Below, one piece after another: positions 1 through 8,959 of a DNA stretch of 56,984 nt. The notes under the pieces were generated by a model. It did not search any database. It had not been told where the DNA came from and saw only the letters and a list, made by a program, of their open reading frames with translations. The DNA is from a virus. The stretch lies in the IMG/VR virus record IMGVR_UViG_3300033987_000026. The stretch is one strand, 5' to 3'. How positions within the stretch are numbered: position 1 is the first letter of the stretch; each line of letters opens with the position of its first letter. The translations under genes and the position numbers were made by a program.

Positions 1-127
1 CCCAGATAATGGCCGAGATTGCCAAACTTCGCGAAGAGGAAAACAACAAGAGCGGCCAAATGGAAGCAATAGCAGCCAAATACACAGAGCAGATCCAGGC
101 CCTGAACGAACAGATCAGAGAGCAGGA
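1..127. repeat. Terminal overlap, copy 1 (identical to 56858-56984)
   Basis: Base-for-base identity read by eye; consistent with circular assembly closure or terminal redundancy. Confidence 0.9.
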
Positions 128-605
128 ACAGCTCAAGACCAAGATATTCATAGCAGAGAGCCAGAAGGAGAGAATCGCAGAGCTGGCCGCCAAGGAAAAG
201 GAGCTTTCAAAGCAGTACGAGGAGCTGGAGAGAGGCATCTACCTCTGCGAAGTGTTCACAAAGACCAAGGTAAGCCTCCTGGACGACAAGATAAACAGCA
301 AGTTCAAGAGTGTACGCTTCAGACTTTTTCAGGAGCAGCTTAACGGCGGGATCAAGGACGACTGCGAAGTCATGATACCTACCGAAGACGGCAGGATGGT
401 ACCTTTCACCTTTGCAAACAATGCGGCCAGAATAAACGCCGGCCTGGAGATCATCGACACCTTGTCGAAGCACTGGAACCTGGCAATGCCGGTATTCATA
501 GACAACGCCGAGAGCGTGACCAGGCTCCTGAAGATGGACACCCAGGTAATACGCCTGGTAGTTTCAGAGCCGGACAAGAAGCTCCGACTGGAGGTGGACG
601 CATGA
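3..605 (+). CDS. Rad50/SbcC-like AAA ATPase, C-terminal part (continues from 55486..56984 across the circular junction)
   Basis: Same frame as 55486 ORF through the overlap. Coiled-coil-type sequence followed by VFIDNAESV (Walker B/D-loop-like). Confidence 0.8.
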   Translation, partial: QIMAEIAKLREEENNKSGQMEAIAAKYTEQIQALNEQIREQEQLKTKIFIAESQKERIAELAAKEKELSKQYEELERGIYLCEVFTKTKVSLLDDKINSKFKSVRFRLFQEQLNGGIKDDCEVMIPTEDGRMVPFTFANNAARINAGLEIIDTLSKHWNLAMPVFIDNAESVTRLLKMDTQVIRLVVSEPDKKLRLEVDA

Positions 606-868
606 AAAAGATAACCACGGCCACAGGATACATCGCATACGAGGCCACAAAGGAAGAAATTCAGCTTTTAGGTGGATACGGAATATGCGATGAGTGTGGA
701 GAGGACACAGAAAAAGGCTACCTGGTACCGGTTTTGAACCACTACCAGTGCCCGGAATGCTTCGAATCCTGGAGCAAAACAGCCAGGTATTACCCGGAAG
801 ACATCCCGATTCAAGACAGAAGAGCAGCCTACTATGAGCGCATGATACCGCTCACAAATCAAAATTAA
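602..868 (+). CDS. Small zinc-ribbon-like protein
   Basis: ATGA overlap with upstream stop. CDECGED...CPEC cysteine pairs. Confidence 0.6.
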   Translation: MKKITTATGYIAYEATKEEIQLLGGYGICDECGEDTEKGYLVPVLNHYQCPECFESWSKTARYYPEDIPIQDRRAAYYERMIPLTNQN

Positions 869-888
869 GGAGTTAAGGAGGAATTCAC

Positions 889-2049
889 ATGTCTACAACC
901 ACAAGCGCAAAGAATCAGAAACCTGCAGTTCAGAACCAGAACCAAGCCCAAAATCAGAACCAGGGAGCTCTGCAACCAGCAGAGAACCAGCAGCTCACCA
1001 TGAGCGAACGCTTCACTAACCTGGTGCTCCGCGAATTTGGCAACAACGTAGCCGGAGCGCTTCAGGTGTCAGAGTACCAGAAGAGACTTATCCAGGGATA
1101 CTTCATAGCAATTGACAGGGCTCTTAAGATAGCCGAGGAGGCCAGGATCCGCAAGAACGAGAGCAACAAAGACCACAAATACGATAATAACATCCCGGTA
1201 ACATGGAGCAATGTGAACCTTAATGACCTGGCCCTCGATGTAGTGCACTACGCCAAGATGGGCCTGGACATGATGATGGATAATCACCTTTTCCCGATCC
1301 CATACAAGAACAATAAGACCAATAAATACGACGTCACCCTCATGCCTGGATATAACGGGATCCAGTACATCGCCGAGAAATACGCGGTAGAAAAGCCCAA
1401 GGCAGTAACCATCGAGCTTGTTTATAGCACCGACACCTTCAAACCCATCAAGAAGAGCAAGGATAACCAGGTAGAGAGTTACATTTTTGAGATTAACAAC
1501 CCATTTGACAGAGGCGAAATCGTCGGCGGCTTCGGATACATCGAATACGAGGACCCGGCAAAAAACAAGCTGATCATCATGACCAGGAAGGACATCGAAA
1601 AACGCAAGCCGGCATACGCAGCAGCGGAATTCTGGGGAGGAACCACCAAGGTATGGGAAAACGGCAAACAGGTAGAGAAGGAGACTGATGGCTGGTTTGA
1701 AGAGATGTGCCTGAAGACCATTAAACGCGAGGTTTACAGCGCAAAGCATATTCCAAGGGATCCCAAGAAGATCGACGACAACTACCAGTACATGAAGATG
1801 CGCGAGGCCAGATATGCAGAGCTTGAAGCCCAGGCCGAAATTGACGGATATGCTAACACCATAGTAATAGACACCACACCAACCACGCCAGAGGAACCCA
1901 AGCAGCTGCAGAGCCCACAGGTAGAGCCGGAGACAGGAGAGATCATAGAACCACAGCAGCAGCCATCAGCACAGCCAGTACAGCCGGCGAAGAGCACGCA
2001 TACAGAAGTAAACTCCCAGCAAACGCTCTTTGAAGGGCCGAACTTCTAA
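889..2049 (+). CDS. recT: RecT-like single-strand annealing protein with Q/N-rich N-terminus
   Basis: GGAGG RBS. PGYNGIQYIAEKY-type core resembling RecT family. Sits between the ATPase and the MBL nuclease. Confidence 0.65.
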   Translation: MSTTTSAKNQKPAVQNQNQAQNQNQGALQPAENQQLTMSERFTNLVLREFGNNVAGALQVSEYQKRLIQGYFIAIDRALKIAEEARIRKNESNKDHKYDNNIPVTWSNVNLNDLALDVVHYAKMGLDMMMDNHLFPIPYKNNKTNKYDVTLMPGYNGIQYIAEKYAVEKPKAVTIELVYSTDTFKPIKKSKDNQVESYIFEINNPFDRGEIVGGFGYIEYEDPAKNKLIIMTRKDIEKRKPAYAAAEFWGGTTKVWENGKQVEKETDGWFEEMCLKTIKREVYSAKHIPRDPKKIDDNYQYMKMREARYAELEAQAEIDGYANTIVIDTTPTTPEEPKQLQSPQVEPETGEIIEPQQQPSAQPVQPAKSTHTEVNSQQTLFEGPNF

Positions 2050-2750
2050 TGGATATCAAGGTTTTAGCCTCCAGCAGCGCTGGGAACGCCTACCGCATAA
2101 GCGACGGCCGAACCAGCCTGCTGCTGGACGCAGGAATACCAATAAAGGCAATACAGGTCGGATGTGGCTTCAAGGTGACACAAATGGATGGCTGCTTTGT
2201 GTCACACAGCCACAAAGACCACAGTAAGGCCGCCAGAGACCTTGCAAAGCTCGGCGTAGACATTTACACCAGCAAGGGCACAATCGAAGCGTGTGGCCTT
2301 TCAGGGCACCGAATACACGCGATAAAAGCCCTTCAGGAATTCACGATAGGAACCTTTAAGGTTTTGCCTTTCGATGTGCAGCACGACGCGCCGGAGCCGC
2401 TGGGATTTCTTTTTACATCGGCCTTTTCAGGGGAAAAGCTCCTATACTTCACGGACACGTACTACATAAAGTACAAGTTCCAGGGATTGACCCATATCAT
2501 GGCGGAGTGCAACTACGATACAGAGACCCTTCAGAGGAGCGTAGAAGCCGGATATATACCAATAGAGTTGGTACCAAGGCTGGTAAAAAGCCACATGAGC
2601 CTTGAACACTTCCTGGAGCTGCTAAAAGCCAACGATTTAAGCAAGGTGAGGCAGATCTACCTTCTGCACTTAAGCAATAACAACAGCGACGAGAAGCGGT
2701 TCAAGGAAGCAGTTCAGAAGCTGACCGGTGCCGAAGTGTACGTTTGCTAA
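2049..2750 (+). CDS. Metallo-beta-lactamase-fold hydrolase (putative recombination exonuclease)
   Basis: HSHKDH (HxHxDH) motif. Start overlaps the RecT stop. Confidence 0.8.
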   Translation: MDIKVLASSSAGNAYRISDGRTSLLLDAGIPIKAIQVGCGFKVTQMDGCFVSHSHKDHSKAARDLAKLGVDIYTSKGTIEACGLSGHRIHAIKALQEFTIGTFKVLPFDVQHDAPEPLGFLFTSAFSGEKLLYFTDTYYIKYKFQGLTHIMAECNYDTETLQRSVEAGYIPIELVPRLVKSHMSLEHFLELLKANDLSKVRQIYLLHLSNNNSDEKRFKEAVQKLTGAEVYVC

Positions 2751-2784
2751 GTGAGGCCAATAACAAAGGGGGTGACTTACACAG

Positions 2785-3681
2785 ATGGCAAGGACGCGAA
2801 GCATTAAACCTGGATTTTTCGATAACGAGATACTCGGAGACCTCCCACCATTAACCAGGCTTCTATTCATAGGCCTGTGGACCATAGCAGACAGGGAAGG
2901 GAGGCTTGAGGATAAACCAAGACGGATCAAAAAGATGTTACTGGGATACGACGACGTAGACGCAGACGGAGTGGACAAAATGCTCCAATCCTTACACGAT
3001 ACAGGCTTTATTTTCAGGTACACAGTAGACGGTAACAAATACATTCAAGTGGTTAATTTCCTGAAGCATCAAAACCCGCATGTCAAGGAAAAACCGAGCG
3101 AAATACCGCCTCCACCGGACTTTATAGCAGAGCATCATGAAAGCACCATACAAGCACCAGACTTGCACAGTGCTGACACAGTACAAGCCGGGCCTATTAC
3201 CGTTAACCTATCACCTACTACTGGTACCCTATCACCCACTACCGATAACCCGCCTGAAGGCGAGGACGATGTGGACGGGCCTGATGAACAGCCAAAAAAG
3301 TCTTTATTAGAGCAGCGATTTGATGAATTCTGGGCTGCTTACCCAAAGAAGGTAGGCAAAAAGGCAGCATGGAACGCCTGGAAAAAGGTCAAGCCGGATA
3401 CAGAACTGTTTGACAAGATCATGACGGCCATAGGAAGAGCTAAAGCAACGTGGCAATGGCAGAGAGAAAACGGCAGATATATACCAAACCCAAAAACCTG
3501 GCTGAACGAGGGAAGATGGGATGATGAATACGAGGAGGGACCGACGAATGGACTCAATAGCAAGCATTTTGACGGGCATAACCAGCAACCAGCGACCAGC
3601 TCGCCTGGATCCGAAGGTAAGAGAGATGCCCTTGCAGGTTTCAAGAGAGCCGAAGATTTCGACTTCTACCGAGGGAAATGA
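2785..3681 (+). CDS. Putative replication initiator / replisome organizer
   Basis: N-terminal RSIKPGFFDNE...LFIGLWTIADREGRLEDKP and C-terminal FDEFWAAYPKKVGKKAAWNAWKK motifs common in phage replication proteins. Carries iterons in its linker. Lies upstream of the DnaC-like gene. Confidence 0.6.
   Translation: MARTRSIKPGFFDNEILGDLPPLTRLLFIGLWTIADREGRLEDKPRRIKKMLLGYDDVDADGVDKMLQSLHDTGFIFRYTVDGNKYIQVVNFLKHQNPHVKEKPSEIPPPPDFIAEHHESTIQAPDLHSADTVQAGPITVNLSPTTGTLSPTTDNPPEGEDDVDGPDEQPKKSLLEQRFDEFWAAYPKKVGKKAAWNAWKKVKPDTELFDKIMTAIGRAKATWQWQRENGRYIPNPKTWLNEGRWDDEYEEGPTNGLNSKHFDGHNQQPATSSPGSEGKRDALAGFKRAEDFDFYRGK
3193..3236. repeat. Iteron-like repeats inside the replication gene (candidate origin)
   Basis: CCTATTACC at 3193, CCTATCACC at 3207 and 3228. 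The 16-mer CTGGTACCCTATCACC at 3221-3236 recurs at 16595-16610 with one change. Confidence 0.5.
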
Positions 3682-4621
3682 GGCCGAGAACCGGTTTCAG
3701 ATACGGTCCGATCAGGCCATAGCAGAAGGCTGGAAATACAACGAATCTCCACCGGAACCAAAGAAATGCGAATATTGCGGCAAGACATTATACCATTACG
3801 GCCTCATAAGCCCACTACAGACTAAACAGATTTTTATATGGATGCCGGAACCAGAACACTGCGACTGTGAACAGGCCCAGAGATACTGGGCAAAGGTGGA
3901 TGCGGAGAAAAAAGCTGCAGAGGAAGAAAAGAGGCGCCTGGAAGAGCAAGAGCGACTGCAGCAAAAGATAAACAAGCTGATTAAAGACAGTGGAATCAGA
4001 GGCAGGTTTTTGAACCGGACATTTGAGCGCTTCGAGGTAAACGAGGTAAACAGGCAGGCATACGAAGTAGCCAAGAACTACGCTGATAATTTCCAGGCCA
4101 TGCTTCCCAGAAAGGGACCAAATGGCATAGTGCAGCCACCGGAGATAGAACACAACGGATTATTTATAACCGGCAGCTACGGTACCGGGAAAACCCACCT
4201 GGCAGCGGCAATATCGAACCAGTTAATCAGAGAAGGGATACCAGTTATATGCATGACGATGATAGACCTTCTGGCCAGAATTAAACAGACCTTTGACCGC
4301 AGTGACGAGGCAACAGAGGCGGAAATCATGAGGATTTACGAAGAGGTTCCCCTTTTGGTAATAGACGACATAGGCAGTGAACAACCGACAGAGTGGGGGT
4401 CCACAAAAATATACTCGATTATCAACGCCAGATATGAAGCATACATGCCGGTTATAGTGACCACAAACTACGCCGGAGACGAGCTGATAAGGAGAATGAC
4501 ACCGATAGGACCTAACGGCAGGCCATTAGACAGCAGAAACGCTGAAAAAACGCTGGACAGACTGTATGAGATGTGCGTAGGCATTGAGATGAACTGGGAA
4601 AGCTGGAGGTCGAGAGCATGA
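3626..4621 (+). CDS. DnaC/IstB-like AAA+ helicase loader
   Basis: Walker A GSYGTGKTH, Walker B LLVIDDIG, VIVTTNY. Start uncertain (3626 chosen to limit overlap; the track ORF opens at 3521). Confidence 0.85.
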   Translation: MPLQVSREPKISTSTEGNEAENRFQIRSDQAIAEGWKYNESPPEPKKCEYCGKTLYHYGLISPLQTKQIFIWMPEPEHCDCEQAQRYWAKVDAEKKAAEEEKRRLEEQERLQQKINKLIKDSGIRGRFLNRTFERFEVNEVNRQAYEVAKNYADNFQAMLPRKGPNGIVQPPEIEHNGLFITGSYGTGKTHLAAAISNQLIREGIPVICMTMIDLLARIKQTFDRSDEATEAEIMRIYEEVPLLVIDDIGSEQPTEWGSTKIYSIINARYEAYMPVIVTTNYAGDELIRRMTPIGPNGRPLDSRNAEKTLDRLYEMCVGIEMNWESWRSRA

Positions 4622-5634
4622 AGGCGGTAAGAACTGAACCAAGGAAGCTGATACCTGCAGAAAGAGCCAAACGCAAATGGACGCCAGAAGAAGAATACTA
4701 CCTCAAGGATAAATGGGGAGAAGTAAGCATAAAAAGCCTTGCCAAGGCCCTCGGACGCAGCGAGAACGCAGTTATTGTCAGAGCCCAAAGACTGGGCCTT
4801 GGAGCGCACCTTCACGCAGACCACAGAATAACAGTTAATCAACTCATGCTGGCAATATACGGAGGAAAACCGCAGGGAGGCGGCACATTGAACCGCTGGA
4901 TCGAGAACGGCCTTCCGGTGAAAAAGCACAAAGTCAAGAACAGCACATTCAGAGTGATTGATATAGATGACTTCTGGAAATGGGCAGAACAGCACAAAGA
5001 ACTCGTGGACTTTTCCAGACTGGAAGAGAATGTGCTGGGAAAAGAACCGGCATGGGTAAAGGAAAAACGCAGGATTGACAAAAGAGAGAAGTTCAATACG
5101 GAGCCATGGACGCCAGCAGAAGACAGCAAGCTCATTCATCTCCTGGACAGATACGAATACACATACCATGATTTAAGCCAAATTTTGAACCGGTCAGAAG
5201 GAGCAATAAAACGAAGGATATATGACCTCGGCCTGGTGCAAAGGCCTGTGAGGAATGAAAATAAGCCCTGGACCGAAGAAGAGACGAGAAAACTCCTGGA
5301 GATGAAGGCAAAAGGTCACCGCTGGGAAGAGATAGGACGAGCACTCAACAGAACTGGCAGCGCAGTCAGAGGCAAATATGAACGGCTGCAAAACCCAGAG
5401 TATTGCAAGAGGTATTACAGGAGCAGCAGGGAGCAACTTAACCGGTACTTCCAGAAAGACATGTGCAGACATTTTGTAAAGACCATAGGATGCACGGCCG
5501 GAGGAACCAACTGCGACAACTGCACGAACTTCCAGCGGAGAGACCCTGAAGAAAAACCTGATACCGGCTGGAACCCAATCTGCAGTATAAGCGCAGAGCA
5601 GATCCTTCAGGAACGATACGAATATGTCGGATAA
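4618..5634 (+). CDS. Protein with three Myb/SANT-like (RsfA-like) repeats and a Cys-rich C-terminus
   Basis: Three repeats: WTPEEEYYL...RAQRLGL, WTPAEDSKL...RRIYDLGL, WTEEETRKL...GKYERL. C-terminal CRHF..GCTAGGTNCDNC. Confidence 0.7.
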   Translation: MKAVRTEPRKLIPAERAKRKWTPEEEYYLKDKWGEVSIKSLAKALGRSENAVIVRAQRLGLGAHLHADHRITVNQLMLAIYGGKPQGGGTLNRWIENGLPVKKHKVKNSTFRVIDIDDFWKWAEQHKELVDFSRLEENVLGKEPAWVKEKRRIDKREKFNTEPWTPAEDSKLIHLLDRYEYTYHDLSQILNRSEGAIKRRIYDLGLVQRPVRNENKPWTEEETRKLLEMKAKGHRWEEIGRALNRTGSAVRGKYERLQNPEYCKRYYRSSREQLNRYFQKDMCRHFVKTIGCTAGGTNCDNCTNFQRRDPEEKPDTGWNPICSISAEQILQERYEYVG

Positions 5635-5649
5635 GAGGAGGTCGAGACA

Positions 5650-5985
5650 ATGAAGAAAAAGAGAGCATGTAGAATGACAGAGGAGGAAAGAGCCATTCAC
5701 AACAGAGCAGTAAGCATAAGGAAAATGACAGATGCACAGCTTTGTGAATTCATAGATCGCACATACGGAAAAGGCATGGAAGAAGGAGTAAAGCTGGCAC
5801 TGGCCCAAAGCAAGGTCCAGGCAAAGCCTGAAGACGCAATCGCCCACGTTAGGAAATTTATCGATTACCTGACCGAGAAAACCGGCTGCGGAAATAGAAT
5901 CGGCAAAGGCACAATAATGCAGCTTAACAGAGAATTGGAGAACGCCATCAAGAGCGGCCTGTTTTCCGGGGAGGTGGGCGAATGA
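5650..5985 (+). CDS. Hypothetical protein
   Basis: GAGGAGG RBS. ORF on the operon strand. No recognised motif. Confidence 0.55.
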   Translation: MKKKRACRMTEEERAIHNRAVSIRKMTDAQLCEFIDRTYGKGMEEGVKLALAQSKVQAKPEDAIAHVRKFIDYLTEKTGCGNRIGKGTIMQLNRELENAIKSGLFSGEVGE

Positions 5986-6590
5986 GCAGAAGTCACGCGA
6001 ACAGAGGACAAGCATTTGAGGAGTTTTTAAGGTTCGTTCACCAAAGATATCAGGCAGACGGAATAGCATGTGTCCATAAGGTGCCAACGGAGTTTTTACC
6101 ATTACGGAACGCAAAAGGCCAGGTATGCAGCGCGAAGGTTGAGCATAAGAGCTGCGTAGATTACCTGGGAAGATATAAAGGCATACCGGTGGCCATAGAG
6201 GCAAAGCACACAGAAGACAAAAGGATCGCTTTCAACAGGGTAGAGCCTCACCAGGCAGAGTACCTCGATGACTGGCTTAAGGATCCTAATGCAATAGCAC
6301 TCGTCCTGGTGAGCTTCAGCCTTCGCAGGTTTTACGCGGTACCTTGGGAGTTCTGGAAAGCAGCGCTTGAGAGCTGGCAGCAGCACAAGGGCAAGGAGAA
6401 GAGGACCGTAACCGCATATGGATGGACATGGACAACACCAGGAATGGCCAGCGTATCAGAGGAGCAGCTTCATCCGGAATGGGAGATAAAGACCGGAGGA
6501 AGATCAGGACTCCCATACCTTGAAATTATAGACAAAATGACAGGGGGAGAGGGTAATGCAAACAGAAGACAAGGTAGTAAGGTCATTTGA
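5982..6590 (+). CDS. recU: RecU-like Holliday junction resolvase
   Basis: VDYLG...IPVAIEAKHTE...HQAEYL pattern typical of the RecU/PBP-related factor A family. ATGA overlap with the upstream gene. Confidence 0.7.
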   Translation: MSRSHANRGQAFEEFLRFVHQRYQADGIACVHKVPTEFLPLRNAKGQVCSAKVEHKSCVDYLGRYKGIPVAIEAKHTEDKRIAFNRVEPHQAEYLDDWLKDPNAIALVLVSFSLRRFYAVPWEFWKAALESWQQHKGKEKRTVTAYGWTWTTPGMASVSEEQLHPEWEIKTGGRSGLPYLEIIDKMTGGEGNANRRQGSKVI

Positions 6591-6819
6591 TCTAAACAGC
6601 CTTATGCAAATAACAAGGCTTCCGCTGATTTGTGTTTATAACAACCCTTCAGATTATCCGGGGAAGTATGTAGCCAGGGTATGGGATGTAGATCGGCCAA
6701 CCAACTTGGTAGCTATCGCAGATAGCCTGGAGGAAATCAGAGAAGCTAAACCACCGGAGATGATGATTATGGACAGGATGCCAAACGACGACCCGGTTAT
6801 CGTTGAAACATGGATTTAA
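6556..6819 (+). CDS. Hypothetical protein
   Basis: GGGGGAGAGGG RBS. Overlaps the RecU 3' end by 35 nt. Confidence 0.5.
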   Translation: MQTEDKVVRSFDLNSLMQITRLPLICVYNNPSDYPGKYVARVWDVDRPTNLVAIADSLEEIREAKPPEMMIMDRMPNDDPVIVETWI

Positions 6820-6837
6820 GAAAGGAGACCCAACCAC

Positions 6838-7161
6838 ATGGATGCAAAAAGGATACATGAATCACTTAAAATTATGCTAACACCAAAGGACTACATAGAA
6901 CTCCTGACATTAATGATAAAAGACGTTGAAGAAATGATCGAATGGGGTGGAAAACAGAAGGGTAATAGCGAGGAGGGAAAAGATGAAAACTTACATGAAC
7001 CGGATAGATCGAGAACACCATGTAATGATCCTGGTCATATGGGATTATTTAAACACATGGCTGGAGCAGATCAGCTGCCTCACCAAAGAGGAGAGGAAAA
7101 GAGTCAAGACAGCGGCGACCCATCTCCTCCACACCAGCGACAGCATTGTAAAGAGACTTGA
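6838..7161 (+). CDS. Questionable ORF (N-terminal ~45 aa protein-like, remainder overlaps the next gene out of frame)
   Basis: GGAGA RBS and ATG. The 3' 179 nt overlap 6983..7426 and translate to low-complexity sequence. Confidence 0.25.
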   Translation: MDAKRIHESLKIMLTPKDYIELLTLMIKDVEEMIEWGGKQKGNSEEGKDENLHEPDRSRTPCNDPGHMGLFKHMAGADQLPHQRGEEKSQDSGDPSPPHQRQHCKET

Positions 7162-7426
7162 TACTGATTATGCCAAAAGGCTTATAAGAGCAGCAAAGAA
7201 CACAGAGGTAAGAGTAGTGGACCGGGCAAATGTAATGCTCGGCCGAGAGCCAGATACAGTAAACATCAAGATAGACGACCTATACGACATGGCCAGCTAC
7301 GCATTGACCGATTGCAGAGGCTGTAAGAGGCCCGACCACAAAAGCTGCGAGAAATACAAGCTCTTCATGGATTTAAATATACCCGTAGCCCAGGAACAGA
7401 CGGACGGCTGCCCTTATGAGAATTGA
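6983..7426 (+). CDS. Hypothetical protein with C-terminal Cys cluster
   Basis: GAGGAGGG RBS 7 nt upstream of ATG 6983. CRGCKRPDHKSC...GCPY. Confidence 0.6.
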   Translation: MKTYMNRIDREHHVMILVIWDYLNTWLEQISCLTKEERKRVKTAATHLLHTSDSIVKRLDTDYAKRLIRAAKNTEVRVVDRANVMLGREPDTVNIKIDDLYDMASYALTDCRGCKRPDHKSCEKYKLFMDLNIPVAQEQTDGCPYEN

Positions 7427-7439
7427 TGGAGGGATGACC

Positions 7440-7739
7440 ATGAAGATAGAAACTTACTACGAATGCCCAATATGCCATAAAAGCTGGGCAACACGCAGCG
7501 AGGCAATAGCCTGCAGGAACCAGCACCCTGTAATTGAAAAGAAATGGGCCAACTGCGAAGTATGCGGCCAGGGATGGAACATAGCATACTGGGGAGAAAA
7601 ACGAGCAGCAGAGCTCGCCAGAAAATGTGAACAGGAGCACGAGGCAAAAGGAGAGACGGAGGAATTAAGTAGAAAGACATTCTTCTTAAGCGGAGGGACA
7701 AAAGGCAAATATTACCCACCAAGGAAGGAGAACAAATGA
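7440..7739 (+). CDS. Small zinc-finger protein
   Basis: GGAGGG RBS. CPICH...CRNQH and CEVCG motifs. Confidence 0.6.
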   Translation: MKIETYYECPICHKSWATRSEAIACRNQHPVIEKKWANCEVCGQGWNIAYWGEKRAAELARKCEQEHEAKGETEELSRKTFFLSGGTKGKYYPPRKENK

Positions 7740-8401
7740 ATGGGACCGTTTGTATACCAAGAATCATCGAATGTAGCAGATGTGGCTGCGAATGGAACGT
7801 AAGCAGCCAGGCATACATACCGGAAAGTGGTTATATTTGCCCGCACTGCACGAGCAGAGAGCGAGAAAATAACGCCTTTCAGGAGGATAAGCATATGGCA
7901 AATAGATCACTGCTTCACAGAAGCAAGATAGAGGATTTCAAGAGCTGGCTTCAGGAAGACGGCTGGCAGATAGAACAGCCCAAAGGAATATACGAGGTCG
8001 TAAGGGCCACAAAGGGCACCAGGAAGCCATTAATAGTTTACACGAGGGATAACAAAGGCAATGAGCATATAACCGTTCAGGACCGCGATGTGCCGGTCGT
8101 AAGGGCATACATAAGGGACAGGAGAAGAGAAGCCAGGGCAAAGGCCAACGGGATCCAGAAAGTAACCAAAGAAGAAATGCTGAAGATAATCGACACCAGG
8201 GAGCCACTCGGAAAGTTTTACAGGATAGAAGGCAAGACCATCATCGCAGTGGATAATTCCACAGGAGACGCCTGGACCGAGGAATTCAAAGACTTTGAAA
8301 TTTTCCTTCTGTGGATAACCACACAGCTGACCGTAGAGGATGCGGTAGAAAAAACAAGGAGGAGGAATAAGCATGCAAAATGTGTCAGCATTAGAAATTA
8401 A
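7736..8401 (+). CDS. Hypothetical protein (N-terminal zinc ribbon; strong in-frame internal start at 7895)
   Basis: CSRCGC...CPHC at the N-terminus. AGGAGG RBS precedes in-frame ATG 7895. Confidence 0.55.
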   Translation: MNGTVCIPRIIECSRCGCEWNVSSQAYIPESGYICPHCTSRERENNAFQEDKHMANRSLLHRSKIEDFKSWLQEDGWQIEQPKGIYEVVRATKGTRKPLIVYTRDNKGNEHITVQDRDVPVVRAYIRDRRREARAKANGIQKVTKEEMLKIIDTREPLGKFYRIEGKTIIAVDNSTGDAWTEEFKDFEIFLLWITTQLTVEDAVEKTRRRNKHAKCVSIRN

Positions 8402-8431
8402 AGAAAACATATCAAGAGGAGGAGACAGTGT

Positions 8432-8959
8432 ATGAACGAGCTTAAAAAATGCGAAAGGTGCAGAAACAGCAGGTTTATATACCTGGAGAGAAAATGCAAA
8501 TTTGAAATGCCGCAATTTCCAATAGAGGACGAGGGAGAATGTGAGCATTATGACAGCTGGTTTATCGAGTACCCGCTAACAATCGACGGAATAGACAATT
8601 GCTTTAACAAAGAAAGAGTAAGGAGCTTATACGATTGCGGAAAACTCGTCAGGATTTCACCATGCGGAGAAGAGTATAAAGGCAAAACATACCTCGGGAT
8701 ATTGCTTGGCGATCTTCCGATCGGTGCACACATTTCTTTTAACAGAGAGAGCAAGATACTGAAGGTTTCACCTCATACGAACCCTGGAATATTTGTACCA
8801 GAGCTAAAAAAGATCATTTATGGATGTGAAAGCTGGTGGGGAGAGATCGAAAACCCAGAAGACCTGAAAGACATAACCAGTGAGGATATAGAAAACACCT
8901 GGTATGTTCAACTTCTCAAGAGTATGGCCGGAATGGAGGCGACCAAAGATGATGAATAA
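8432..8959 (+). CDS. Hypothetical protein
   Basis: GAGGAGG RBS. N-terminal CERC...C pattern. Confidence 0.55.
   Translation: MNELKKCERCRNSRFIYLERKCKFEMPQFPIEDEGECEHYDSWFIEYPLTIDGIDNCFNKERVRSLYDCGKLVRISPCGEEYKGKTYLGILLGDLPIGAHISFNRESKILKVSPHTNPGIFVPELKKIIYGCESWWGEIENPEDLKDITSEDIENTWYVQLLKSMAGMEATKDDE

Noticed and set aside
3521-3625. Upstream extension of the DnaC-like ORF to the first ATG at 3521
   Set aside because: It would overlap the preceding replication gene by 161 nt and add an Arg-rich, poorly protein-like N-terminus. The start at 3626 is preferred but remains uncertain.
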